Translations under genes and position numbers: made by a program
Shown: in pieces, positions 8,941 through 17,250 of the stretch
Position numbering within the stretch: position 1 is the stretch's first letter
Layout of the letters: every line of letters begins with the position of its first letter
IMG/VR virus record: IMGVR_UViG_3300029258_005088
DNA from: a virus
Strand: one strand, 5' to 3'
DNA: 64,000 nucleotides
The notes under the pieces: model-generated
Seen by the model: only the letters and a program-made list of their open reading frames with translations
Told to the model about the DNA's origin: nothing
Database searches by the model: none

Positions 8941-11688
8941 TTAGCTTATCGTGAAGATGATAGGCAGGTTGTTCAGGGGATCCGGCATGGACGGGTCAAC
9001 TTCTACGATGACGCGATCACGCTGTACGGGGTCTCGCTCGATACGAATGATCGTGGCATTGATCATCTGAGGACCTATCTTCTTGGAGTAGTTCCTGTTG
9101 ACGATGCTCTCGATGGTGTTCGTAACGCGGGTTCCGATCAGAGACATCATGTCGTCGCTGATGTTTCCTTGGCCGAACAAGTCGGCGGTGGCCGTCAGGA
9201 AGTCCCTGCTGATGTGGTCGATGTTCGAGGTCTTCGAAGCTTCGCGCTTGCTGAACTCGGCGTCATCCGTGACGGACGTCAACTGGTGACGGGTATAGAC
9301 CCTGCCGGTGTAGTCCTTGTTGACCACCCAGTTGCCACCGCCTGCGACGACGTTGAGCTGATCTCTGCTGAACTCCACCTGCGGATCTCCACCGATGCTC
9401 GAGAGATCGAGCTGGGACATCGGGGCATGAGGAGGAATTCCACCACGCTGGCCGGCAAGGGCCGCCGCGACGTACATCAGAGGGAGAGTCTCTCCGGTTC
9501 CGAGGTCGACGGGGTTGTCCTGCCATACCGATACGACGCGCCTGGTGTTGAAGCGTGCGGGATACTCGCTGAGGAGCTGCGCATACTCGTCCTTGGTCAT
9601 GTCGCGCCAGATCTCGACCTTTACCGCCACTGGAGTGGGGCTGCCGAGGTCTTCCACGGTGATGAGCTGGGTCTGGGTGTTGACGCGATCGACGGTGTAC
9701 TCGTCGTAGGTGACGTTACCGTCGGAGTCCGTAACGAAGTTGATACGGAGCTTGTCGCCCGGACGGACGTCGTTGGACTCGAGAAGAGTTCCGGCGCCGA
9801 AGTCGATCTGACGGTAGGTACCCACCGGGAACAGGCTTACGGTGGCTTCGAGATCGTCGCCGCCCTGAGTCTGATACACCGGAGTGACCCGTGATTCGTT
9901 GTTGGTTACCCAAGCGGTACGCCACTGGTTGTTGATCGGATTCGATCTCTCCCGGACGTGCGTCGAGAAGTTCTGCTTGATCTGCTCGTCTTCGGACAAC
10001 GGAACGAAGCCCCATACGAGATCGTTTTCAGTCAGCAGGTCGAGGGCATCGGTGTAATCCGATTCCGCTTCTCCGGCCGTGGCCAGGTAGAACGTTCCGA
10101 CGCCGCCGTCCACGCTTTCGGCCAGCGAGTGATACGCCGCTTTGCCGAGAGGGTTGAGAACGGAGTTCGGTCCGAGTTCCGACTGGCGCTCGGTATCGTT
10201 GGCGACGTAACCGATTCCCTGGGCGGCCTTGGCCGTGTCCAGTTCGCGGTAGTCCGCATACAGCGTGCCTCCGAATACCGACATCAGCTCCGGAGTGCCC
10301 AGGAGATCGGAGGTAACCGCGGCATTGCCGAGAACCTCGATGTAGTCCTGGTCCAGAGTGAGATAGTCTTCGGGGAACTCGACGGTGACCTTGACGAACA
10401 TGTCGAGGTCCATGTCGGTGAGCGCGGTATACGGGATGGAGTCGCGGAGGGTCAGCGTGTGAATCGCGCCTTCCGTCGGAGCTTCCACCGAGAACGTCCA
10501 GCTGCCGCCGGTATTGAACTGAGTTCCCTTGAAGAACGTCAGCTTCATATCCTTGCTGCCGATGGAGTAGTCGTTGGAGGTCGCAACCGTGAAGTCGGCC
10601 GACGGTATCGTGAGATAACCGGCGGTATCCGCTCCGTTGTTGGTACGGTAATAGATCCGTACGTCGCCCGCAGTGGCGCTCGCCGGGTCGAGGGTACCGC
10701 CCTGAACGACCGTGATGATGTACTTGGTGTTGACGCTGCCGGTATAGTTCGGATCGCCTGCGGCGGCCCATTCACCGGTATTGGTGACGTCGACTTCGGT
10801 GTAGTCCTGCTGGAGCTTGACGTCCCACTGGTCGAGAGCGTTGACGATCCCTGCGCCGGCATCGACGAGGTTGAGGATCGCACCGCGGTCGCCCAACGGA
10901 ATCGGATACTTGGCTCCGTCCCAGGCGACGTCCGTGCCCAGCGTGACCGTGGACGGCGTGTCGTTTCCTTGGGAAGTGATCCTGAGAACGGTACCGTCCA
11001 GAAGACCCGTGCCGGAGCTACCGACGGTGAGAACCTGAATGGTGTAGGTGTCCTGCGGATAGCCGTCGATCAGCCCGTTGTAGGCGGTGACGTCATATGC
11101 AGTGGTGTAACGGGTCGGAGGAGTGGTTACCTCGGAGGATCCCGCGACCAGAGAGGTCTGGGCAAAGCCCACTTCGCGGAAGGGATCTTCCACGGGAGCG
11201 GCCGAGCCTGCGACGACGTCCGCCACGAAACCGGTTACCTGAGTGAAATACTCTTCGGTCGTCGGTCCGCTGACCCATGCCAGGCGTACCCAGTCACCGA
11301 TCTGTACGTCGCGATCGCCGAATGCCGAAGCCGTCCTGTCGGCGGCTGCATTGGACTTGAACACGAGGGAGCTGACGATGGTATTTCCATTGTCTTCGGT
11401 CAGCTGTGCATTCGAGCTGCCTTCCAGATACCGCTGAAGGGTATCCTCGAGCATGATCTTGGCTGAAGCGAGGTCCACTTCACCGCCGGGAATGTGGTCG
11501 GGCCACACGAACTGCTCCGAAGAGGAGTCATAGTTGTAGTCGCCTACTGCGGCTTTTTCGTCTTCCTCGGTGTAGCGGTGCAGGGCATAGCAGGGGCCGA
11601 CCATGCATGGGAACAATGGGGCTGCTCCTTCAGCTTGAGCTGCTGCGAACTCCTGGAAGATCTGTCGACTGGGTTCTGTGTACGGCAT
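8941..11688 (-). CDS. Contractile tail sheath protein
   Basis: 915 aa. C-terminal sheath core (YVAAALAGQRGG...NIDHISRDF...RIERDPVQRDRVIVEVDPSMPDPLNNLPIIFTI) with large beta-rich insertions. Confidence 0.9.
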   Translation of the reverse strand: MPYTEPSRQIFQEFAAAQAEGAAPLFPCMVGPCYALHRYTEEDEKAAVGDYNYDSSSEQFVWPDHIPGGEVDLASAKIMLEDTLQRYLEGSSNAQLTEDNGNTIVSSLVFKSNAAADRTASAFGDRDVQIGDWVRLAWVSGPTTEEYFTQVTGFVADVVAGSAAPVEDPFREVGFAQTSLVAGSSEVTTPPTRYTTAYDVTAYNGLIDGYPQDTYTIQVLTVGSSGTGLLDGTVLRITSQGNDTPSTVTLGTDVAWDGAKYPIPLGDRGAILNLVDAGAGIVNALDQWDVKLQQDYTEVDVTNTGEWAAAGDPNYTGSVNTKYIITVVQGGTLDPASATAGDVRIYYRTNNGADTAGYLTIPSADFTVATSNDYSIGSKDMKLTFFKGTQFNTGGSWTFSVEAPTEGAIHTLTLRDSIPYTALTDMDLDMFVKVTVEFPEDYLTLDQDYIEVLGNAAVTSDLLGTPELMSVFGGTLYADYRELDTAKAAQGIGYVANDTERQSELGPNSVLNPLGKAAYHSLAESVDGGVGTFYLATAGEAESDYTDALDLLTENDLVWGFVPLSEDEQIKQNFSTHVRERSNPINNQWRTAWVTNNESRVTPVYQTQGGDDLEATVSLFPVGTYRQIDFGAGTLLESNDVRPGDKLRINFVTDSDGNVTYDEYTVDRVNTQTQLITVEDLGSPTPVAVKVEIWRDMTKDEYAQLLSEYPARFNTRRVVSVWQDNPVDLGTGETLPLMYVAAALAGQRGGIPPHAPMSQLDLSSIGGDPQVEFSRDQLNVVAGGGNWVVNKDYTGRVYTRHQLTSVTDDAEFSKREASKTSNIDHISRDFLTATADLFGQGNISDDMMSLIGTRVTNTIESIVNRNYSKKIGPQMINATIIRIERDPVQRDRVIVEVDPSMPDPLNNLPIIFTIS

Positions 11689-11703
11689 CGATCGTCTCCT
11701 TGT

Positions 11704-12489
11704 TTAATTTTCTTCGTATTCAAAGCCGATACGTTTTAGTATGGGTGCTTCCGGGATCACGCGCCAGCGGTATACGTACGCCCAGTCCAACCTCACTACC
11801 GTGTAGAAGGTCGTCGTGGCCTCGTCCGTCCTTTGCCTGATCTCGTCCACCGACTTCGCCTGGAAATGTCCCAGTTGAAAGTCCCTCTTTATGATCTGCT
11901 GGTAATGCAGAAACCTGAAATAGATCTCCTGGGCAAGAAGATCCGCCTCTCCGCCGCTTTTTCCACGGCAAATTATCGTATGGGCTCCCATGATATTGAC
12001 TTGCATCATGGTGCCTTCGTAAACGCCTTGTTTGTTCCTTCCTACCAAGGACCTGTCCAGCATCGATATCCTGTCGCTCTGGAACGGCTCGCGCTTCACC
12101 AGTAGCGAAGGGGTCTGTTGAACGGCCTCCTGAGACTGGCTCCAGCTCGGCTTTATCAGCATTCGAGATCCTTGTACATACTGAGAGGTGCCTTCCTCTC
12201 CGACTATCGTGCATCTGCTTTGATAGCCCTCTTCGCTGCTCTCCTCCGAACTCGAACCTTCCTCGTCCGATCCTCCGGAAGGAAGACATCCTTTGTCGCT
12301 CGGCGTCCATATGTAGTCCTTCAGCAACGGTTCCTCTATGTTGCGGGGATCCGAGAAATGATACTGCAACAGACGGAGGAACACACCGCTCAAGGAAAAA
12401 GGGCTCGGCCCCACGTACCAGAAGGAGCTGCATGGCTCCAGGGCTTCCTGTGGAATACACCATTCCGGTTCTGGAAACGTGTTCGTCAT
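11704..12489 (-). CDS. Tail terminator / neck protein
   Basis: 261 aa immediately upstream of the sheath; pattern TPSLLVKRE...GAHTIICRGKSGGEADLLAQEI fits tail-completion proteins. Confidence 0.6.
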   Translation of the reverse strand: MTNTFPEPEWCIPQEALEPCSSFWYVGPSPFSLSGVFLRLLQYHFSDPRNIEEPLLKDYIWTPSDKGCLPSGGSDEEGSSSEESSEEGYQSRCTIVGEEGTSQYVQGSRMLIKPSWSQSQEAVQQTPSLLVKREPFQSDRISMLDRSLVGRNKQGVYEGTMMQVNIMGAHTIICRGKSGGEADLLAQEIYFRFLHYQQIIKRDFQLGHFQAKSVDEIRQRTDEATTTFYTVVRLDWAYVYRWRVIPEAPILKRIGFEYEEN

Positions 12490-12493
12490 TCAT

Positions 12494-13558
12494 TTATGCC
12501 TTGTTGGCCGCGTAGATACCGGCCGCACCTCCGATTCCCGCCCCGGCGAGCGTAGACAGTATGTCTCGCTTGAGGCTTTCATTTCCGGTTGCACTACCAT
12601 ACACGTTCGATGCCGTTCCGCCTGCGGCGGCTCCGATAAGACCGCCGGCCGCGCCATAGGACTTGAGCTTTCTGTCCTTCTCCTGCTCCTGCAGGTGGGC
12701 TCTTTCCACGGCCTGCATCTCTCTTTGCTGATCCAATGAATTCCTCATCCAGTCTCTATGCTGCAGGCTGGATTGTATGCCGCTGGCCGCCGTGCCACCG
12801 AGGATGGCGAGAAGAGTGGCGACACCCAATGCGGTAGTCATCGCAATCCCTTCCTTTTCCATTTCCATGGCGGCGGATTTGAGCATCGGTATGGAAGCGC
12901 CTGCGGCACCGCCGACCAAGGCGAATATGACGTCGCGCTGCAGATTCGGCTTGCCCTTGAGCTTGCCGTAGAGAAGGGATCCCAATCCGCTGAGAGCGGC
13001 GCCGCCTGCGGCGTACATGCCCACTTCTCCGGGATCGACAGATCCTCCGGATGCTCCCGCACCGCTGTAATCGATGGTGTTCTCGTCATCGTCTCCCGGC
13101 ATGGCAAGCCAGGAAAGACCGGATCCGAGAGCAATAGTTCCGGCGCCTCCGCCTAGGACGTATCTGTTGAGAACGCGGTCCTTTACGGTCTTCGGTGGCT
13201 TGGTCGCGCCCTTTGCGTTTTGCTTCGTCTGGGTACTAGGCTTCGTGCCCGGAGGAGTGTAGTTGATCGTCTTCGTGCCTTTGGAAGAGGTACTGGCCTT
13301 GGAGGACTTTCTTCCCCCGGTGGATCTTCTGGAGCCCCTGGACGAGCTCGTACTTGCCTTGGACCTGGACCTAGCGCCGGAGGATCTGGCTCCACGACTG
13401 GCCTTGGCTCCACGACTCGCCGTCGCACCACGGCTGGCTTTCGGCGCTCTGGCGGATGCGTTGGTACGTCCTATCTTCGGAGCGCCCTTGGCCGTGAAGT
13501 AGGGACTGGTGTTTCCGGGACCTGCCTCTTTTTCCAAAATCTCTTGCCATTGTTCCAT
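12494..13558 (-). CDS. Basic low-complexity protein with glycine-zipper membrane helices (putative virion cargo)
   Basis: 354 aa. Leader MEQWQEILEKEAG, a K/R/S/A-rich region with ASRGA repeats, then several GGxAG hydrophobic helices. Confidence 0.6.
   Translation of the reverse strand: MEQWQEILEKEAGPGNTSPYFTAKGAPKIGRTNASARAPKASRGATASRGAKASRGARSSGARSRSKASTSSSRGSRRSTGGRKSSKASTSSKGTKTINYTPPGTKPSTQTKQNAKGATKPPKTVKDRVLNRYVLGGGAGTIALGSGLSWLAMPGDDDENTIDYSGAGASGGSVDPGEVGMYAAGGAALSGLGSLLYGKLKGKPNLQRDVIFALVGGAAGASIPMLKSAAMEMEKEGIAMTTALGVATLLAILGGTAASGIQSSLQHRDWMRNSLDQQREMQAVERAHLQEQEKDRKLKSYGAAGGLIGAAAGGTASNVYGSATGNESLKRDILSTLAGAGIGGAAGIYAANKA
13388..13441. repeat. Three imperfect 18-nt tandem repeats encoding K/T-ASRGA
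   Basis: ggctccacgactggcctt / ggctccacgactcgccgt / cgcaccacggctggcttt. Confidence 0.8.
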
Positions 13559-13583
13559 ATCGTAAATTCCTTCTGCTCTACAT

Positions 13584-13612
13584 AATGTACCAAGTCAAAC
13601 CGGTTTTACCAA
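13584..13612 (-). promoter_or_regulatory. Candidate sigma70-like promoter
   Basis: TTGGTA-N17-TACATT in an AT-rich gap upstream of 12494..13558. Confidence 0.35.
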
Positions 13613-14508
13613 ATCTCTTCCGAAGCAATTCCTCTTCTCCAGCCCTGATCGGACACGAAATTGGCGTCTTCCGGATCCGTAGGATCCAGTGGCTGCTCCA
13701 TCGGAATCGTGTATGCTATGTCGGAAGCGGGCAAAAGCCGCAGCTCCACCGGGAAGTATATCAGAGGGACGCTCCGCATCTCGGCCCCGGTAATCGCGCT
13801 CCTTATAACATAGCGCCTATTTGCCGATCCGTGAACCCATATATCATAAGAACCTAGCCATGGGTAAGCCACTGCCCTGGCATTTCTTATGCGGGTATCC
13901 TCGTATCCGAAGGGTGATTTGACGTCTCCGCCCTTGCGAACGCCGCTGAGATCCATGTAAAAGCCTATTGCATTGTAATACCCTTTCACGAAGCCCGTTC
14001 CGTAGCACACGCTACAGGTGGAAGCGGCTATGGGCTCCTCTAGATCCCAGTCGAAACACTGGTCGCACTTCTCTCCGTGCCTGCGCAACTTCAGGAGATA
14101 TCCGAAAGTTCCGGCATATTTCCGCATACGGAGGTATTCCTTGCGAAGAATCTCACGCGAAAGCCTGTAGTCTCTGGCCGACATCTCTCCATAGGTATGC
14201 GCCGGAGCCGATGCATATTCCTTTCCGGAGGTGTCCACGGCCACGACTCTGTACCAGACGTCGTTCTCCATGCCGCAGCGATACGGTTCCTCGTCCAGAT
14301 ACAGACATACGTTCCTCATCGGCGCGTCGGGATTCAGCCTGGTCCACTCTCCCTTCGTACGGGCCCAGTCGATATAGAAACCGTCCAGTGGAGCATCGAA
14401 CTCGAAGCGGGGATCCATCCACCATTGGATGATCTTGCCGTTCTCCGGGGTGATGTACACCTCTACCCTCTGGAAGGTGAATATCCTGGCTGGTTTGATA
14501 TCGTGCAT
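13606..14508 (-). CDS. Head closure / neck protein with Zn-finger insert
   Basis: 300 aa with CDQC...CSVCYGTGF motif; lies between the adaptor-like gene and the tail module. Confidence 0.6.
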   Translation of the reverse strand: MHDIKPARIFTFQRVEVYITPENGKIIQWWMDPRFEFDAPLDGFYIDWARTKGEWTRLNPDAPMRNVCLYLDEEPYRCGMENDVWYRVVAVDTSGKEYASAPAHTYGEMSARDYRLSREILRKEYLRMRKYAGTFGYLLKLRRHGEKCDQCFDWDLEEPIAASTCSVCYGTGFVKGYYNAIGFYMDLSGVRKGGDVKSPFGYEDTRIRNARAVAYPWLGSYDIWVHGSANRRYVIRSAITGAEMRSVPLIYFPVELRLLPASDIAYTIPMEQPLDPTDPEDANFVSDQGWRRGIASEEIW

Positions 14509-15459
14509 CTACCTGCCTCCGTATCCGCCGTAATTGTCGAAGCTTCTCAAGGAAGTCCTTCCGAAGGCATTGGACACGTTGATCGAGCGCTTCTTCTGAC
14601 GAACCCATTCCCTGTAGGATTCCAGATATCTGACGGATGCCTTGGAATAGAATGCGGCCTGATCCTTGTCGTCGATGTTCAGGCCGGCCGCGGAATACCG
14701 TAGGCGGTTCCTCTCGGTATGTGTAGCGGCCATGGACAGGAGTTCTCCCACCACGCCGTCGAACCAGTTGTATACGAACGGAAAGTTGCTCGTCGTCATA
14801 ACCGTACTCAACGGAGGCAGGGCTTCGTTCCAATAGTCGATCGGACGGCGAAGTGCCCAGGCTATCTCGGTATCGGTGAACTCCACTCGGTCGAGAAGGA
14901 AGTTGTCTTCCTTGCACTTGTCCCGTATGCCTAGACGCACCTCGGCGATCGTCAGAGTATGATACCTGCGATCGGTGTGCCAGAGATCTTCCTGGATCTC
15001 GACATAGCACCGGAGCTTGGCGATTATGGTGCAGGCATCGGTAGAAAGTGAATACGCGTATTCACTTTCTTCTCCGGACGAGGATTCGTCCTCGGCGGCG
15101 GATTCGTCGGAACTCTCCTCGGAGCTTTCCTCGGAGCTTTCCTCTTCGGGTAGGTCCTCTATGATGAACTCTCCGACGAACAAGCCCGGCTCTCGACTGT
15201 CGTTCTCGTCGAGGAGAACCTTCACGATGCCTTGCTGTGCATCGAGGATCTCCGCTACCTTGGCTATTTTGACGAGCTGAGCGTCGACGCCTTCCTTGGC
15301 TATGAGGCAGACGCGCCTGTCCGTCAGGTCGTAGTGCTGCCCGTGATCGTCTCGTAGCTGCACCTCCTGAGCGCTGCATGCGTTCTGGGCATACTTCAGA
15401 GTCGGCCACTCGTTCGGGCACGTCTCCCTGTCTTCTACGCAAATATCTGGAAAGGGCAT
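14509..15459 (-). CDS. Head-tail adaptor (BppU-like N-domain plus adaptor domain)
   Basis: 316 aa. N-terminal QEVQLRDDHGQHYDLT...GIVKVLL...GLFVGEFII and C-terminal FTDTEIAWALRRPIDYWNEALPP, separated by an acidic Ser-rich linker. Confidence 0.6.
   Translation of the reverse strand: MPFPDICVEDRETCPNEWPTLKYAQNACSAQEVQLRDDHGQHYDLTDRRVCLIAKEGVDAQLVKIAKVAEILDAQQGIVKVLLDENDSREPGLFVGEFIIEDLPEEESSEESSEESSDESAAEDESSSGEESEYAYSLSTDACTIIAKLRCYVEIQEDLWHTDRRYHTLTIAEVRLGIRDKCKEDNFLLDRVEFTDTEIAWALRRPIDYWNEALPPLSTVMTTSNFPFVYNWFDGVVGELLSMAATHTERNRLRYSAAGLNIDDKDQAAFYSKASVRYLESYREWVRQKKRSINVSNAFGRTSLRSFDNYGGYGGR
15043..15070. repeat. 28-bp perfect palindrome containing TGAATACGCGTATTCA (copy 1)
   Basis: AGAAAGTGAATACGCGTATTCACTTTCT, inside the adaptor CDS. 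Confidence 0.95.
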
Positions 15460-15460
15460 A

Positions 15461-16243
15461 TCATGCCTCCGTTTTCTGTAGGGATTTCTCCTGGATCATG
15501 TCTACGAGGGCCTTTGTCTCCGGGCGTTGTTCGAGCCTATCCCTCACGGATTCCCAGCGATCGCCGAGCTCCGTCTTGAGAACTTCCACGGACAACACGA
15601 TCTCTTCCAGAGCGACGTTGTTCATCTCGAGATCGCCCTTGGTCTGCAGGTGTCTACGTTCCATCCTCGTGTGCTTGTACAAGGAATATCCGGCGAACAC
15701 TATAATGGCCGCTCCACCGCATATACATACCGTGATGAACTGCTCGACGTACCACGCACCGAACATCCCTATGCATAGGATGACGCCCCCATATATCAGG
15801 AACTCGTCCCAGATCGAGGGTATGGCCGGGAACTTGAACTTGAGAGCGAACAACAGCAGCCCTATGAACATGCCCGCTCCTCCCACCAGGATCATTATCC
15901 GAAAGGCGTTGAACAGGTTGTTGAGTACCTTCTGCCTCCTCTGGTCCGCTGCTTCGTACTGCTCGAGATTGACTGTCTTGACCTTGACCTCCTTGTACGT
16001 CTCCCCTTCCCTGTCGTACAACACACGGGATACGACGAAGGCCGGTTCCACTCTGTCCTCGATGGGAACGGCGACTACAACCGGTTTGTACTGCGCGGTC
16101 TTCGTTATGCAGAGCGTGTACCAGTCTCTGCTGTAGGTCTGTTCGTAGTAGGTCTCCGAGGTGTAGTCGTTCTTCTTCCCACGCTTGCAGCCAACCATGC
16201 AGAGACAGATCAGCGAAATCGAAATCAACGTATATGGGCGCAT
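15461..16243 (-). CDS. Lipoprotein with three predicted TM helices (possible lysis protein)
   Basis: Start reassigned to ATG 16243 (260 aa). Signal MRPYTLISISLICLCMVG-C (lipobox), about 90-aa beta-rich part, three hydrophobic segments and a C-terminal coiled coil. Confidence 0.6.
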   Translation of the reverse strand: MRPYTLISISLICLCMVGCKRGKKNDYTSETYYEQTYSRDWYTLCITKTAQYKPVVVAVPIEDRVEPAFVVSRVLYDREGETYKEVKVKTVNLEQYEAADQRRQKVLNNLFNAFRIMILVGGAGMFIGLLLFALKFKFPAIPSIWDEFLIYGGVILCIGMFGAWYVEQFITVCICGGAAIIVFAGYSLYKHTRMERRHLQTKGDLEMNNVALEEIVLSVEVLKTELGDRWESVRDRLEQRPETKALVDMIQEKSLQKTEA

Positions 16244-16244
16244 A

Positions 16245-16625
16245 CTAATTCCCCTTGTTCTCGAACGGCTTCCGACCAAACCACCGTACCATGTGATATC
16301 TCCTGAGGCCGGATATCAGGGCTGCGTATCTAAGAGGGCGCCACCAGGCAACCGCCTTCTTTATTGCCATGTTCTGGTCCCGTAGCATGGCCTTGTCCGC
16401 GAACTTCCTGTCTTTCTCGGTGGTTCCGTATTCATACCTCATGTCATGGGCGTAATAGCACAGATTGCAGTCTATGCCCCAGATATCTCTGGGTATGAAC
16501 CGAGCTATCCAGTGCCCCTTCGGGCCGCAGTAATCTATCTCAGGATCGTACTTCTCCCAGTTGTCGGGGACCTCTTCGTAGGGCCATATGTAAGAATCTT
16601 TCATACTTAAATCTACCCTTGTCAC
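16245..16625 (-). CDS. PLA2-like / DUF1353-like small protein
   Basis: YCGP...CYYAHDMRYEYG...ADKAMLRD matches the YCGxG / HDxxY / AD signature. Alternative start at 16604. Confidence 0.55.
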   Translation of the reverse strand: MTRVDLSMKDSYIWPYEEVPDNWEKYDPEIDYCGPKGHWIARFIPRDIWGIDCNLCYYAHDMRYEYGTTEKDRKFADKAMLRDQNMAIKKAVAWWRPLRYAALISGLRRYHMVRWFGRKPFENKGN

Positions 16626-16638
16626 GGGGTTATTTCAA

Positions 16639-17250
16639 TTACTCGGAAGAAGGGACGACCCGATCGTCCACGATGGCGTCGATCTGCTCCTTCGTCGTGC
16701 AGCCGTTTACCTGTGCTTTTAGAGCTCGTCCTTCCTCCAGCATCACGGCCACCTGGCCGAAGCCTTTGTAATACATGTCCAGAAGGTGGGGACCGTCCTG
16801 TATGTAATAGGCTTCGTTGTGGACCGTCATTATCTTCATCGGAAAATCTATGGGGACACCGAACAGCTGACTATCCACCAGGTTGTTTCTTCTTGCATGC
16901 CAGGAGGATTGATCGTTGACGTCTAGATTGAATCTGTAATAAGGGCCTGGATCCGGCGGGACCGGATATAAGACACCTGCCGCTATGATGGCCCGCGTCT
17001 TCATGTCTATTTCGTAATTCTTCTCGTCCTTCAGTTTACGCAGGTCCCATATCGTTTCGTACGCAGATCCGTTCCATCTGTTCCACATAAGCGAATCACT
17101 GGCCCTGCACTGGATATTGTCCGGTGCGTCGTCCCTGCGAGTATCCACGGGAAGTCCGTACTCGTCGACGATATATTGAACGGTGAACTCCTGACTGCTG
17201 GCGGACCAGACATCACCGGTCGCCGATTCTATGTATGCGTATCTGCTCAT
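16639..17250 (-). CDS. DUF4376-like fibre assembly protein
   Basis: Start reassigned to ATG 17250, which overlaps the fibre stop. C-terminal LKDEKNYEIDMKTRAIIAAGV...LKAQVNGCTTKEQIDAIV is typical of fibre chaperones. Confidence 0.65.
   Translation of the reverse strand: MSRYAYIESATGDVWSASSQEFTVQYIVDEYGLPVDTRRDDAPDNIQCRASDSLMWNRWNGSAYETIWDLRKLKDEKNYEIDMKTRAIIAAGVLYPVPPDPGPYYRFNLDVNDQSSWHARRNNLVDSQLFGVPIDFPMKIMTVHNEAYYIQDGPHLLDMYYKGFGQVAVMLEEGRALKAQVNGCTTKEQIDAIVDDRVVPSSE

Noticed and set aside
8800-11466. Long plus-strand ORFs (364 aa and 502 aa) opposite the sheath gene
   Set aside because: Antisense shadows of a GC3-biased gene; no motifs or RBS, and fully overlapped by a confident CDS.
1-12489. 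T6SS, eCIS or tailocin locus
   Set aside because: Portal, protease, capsid, neck and tape measure genes are present, so this is a complete phage.
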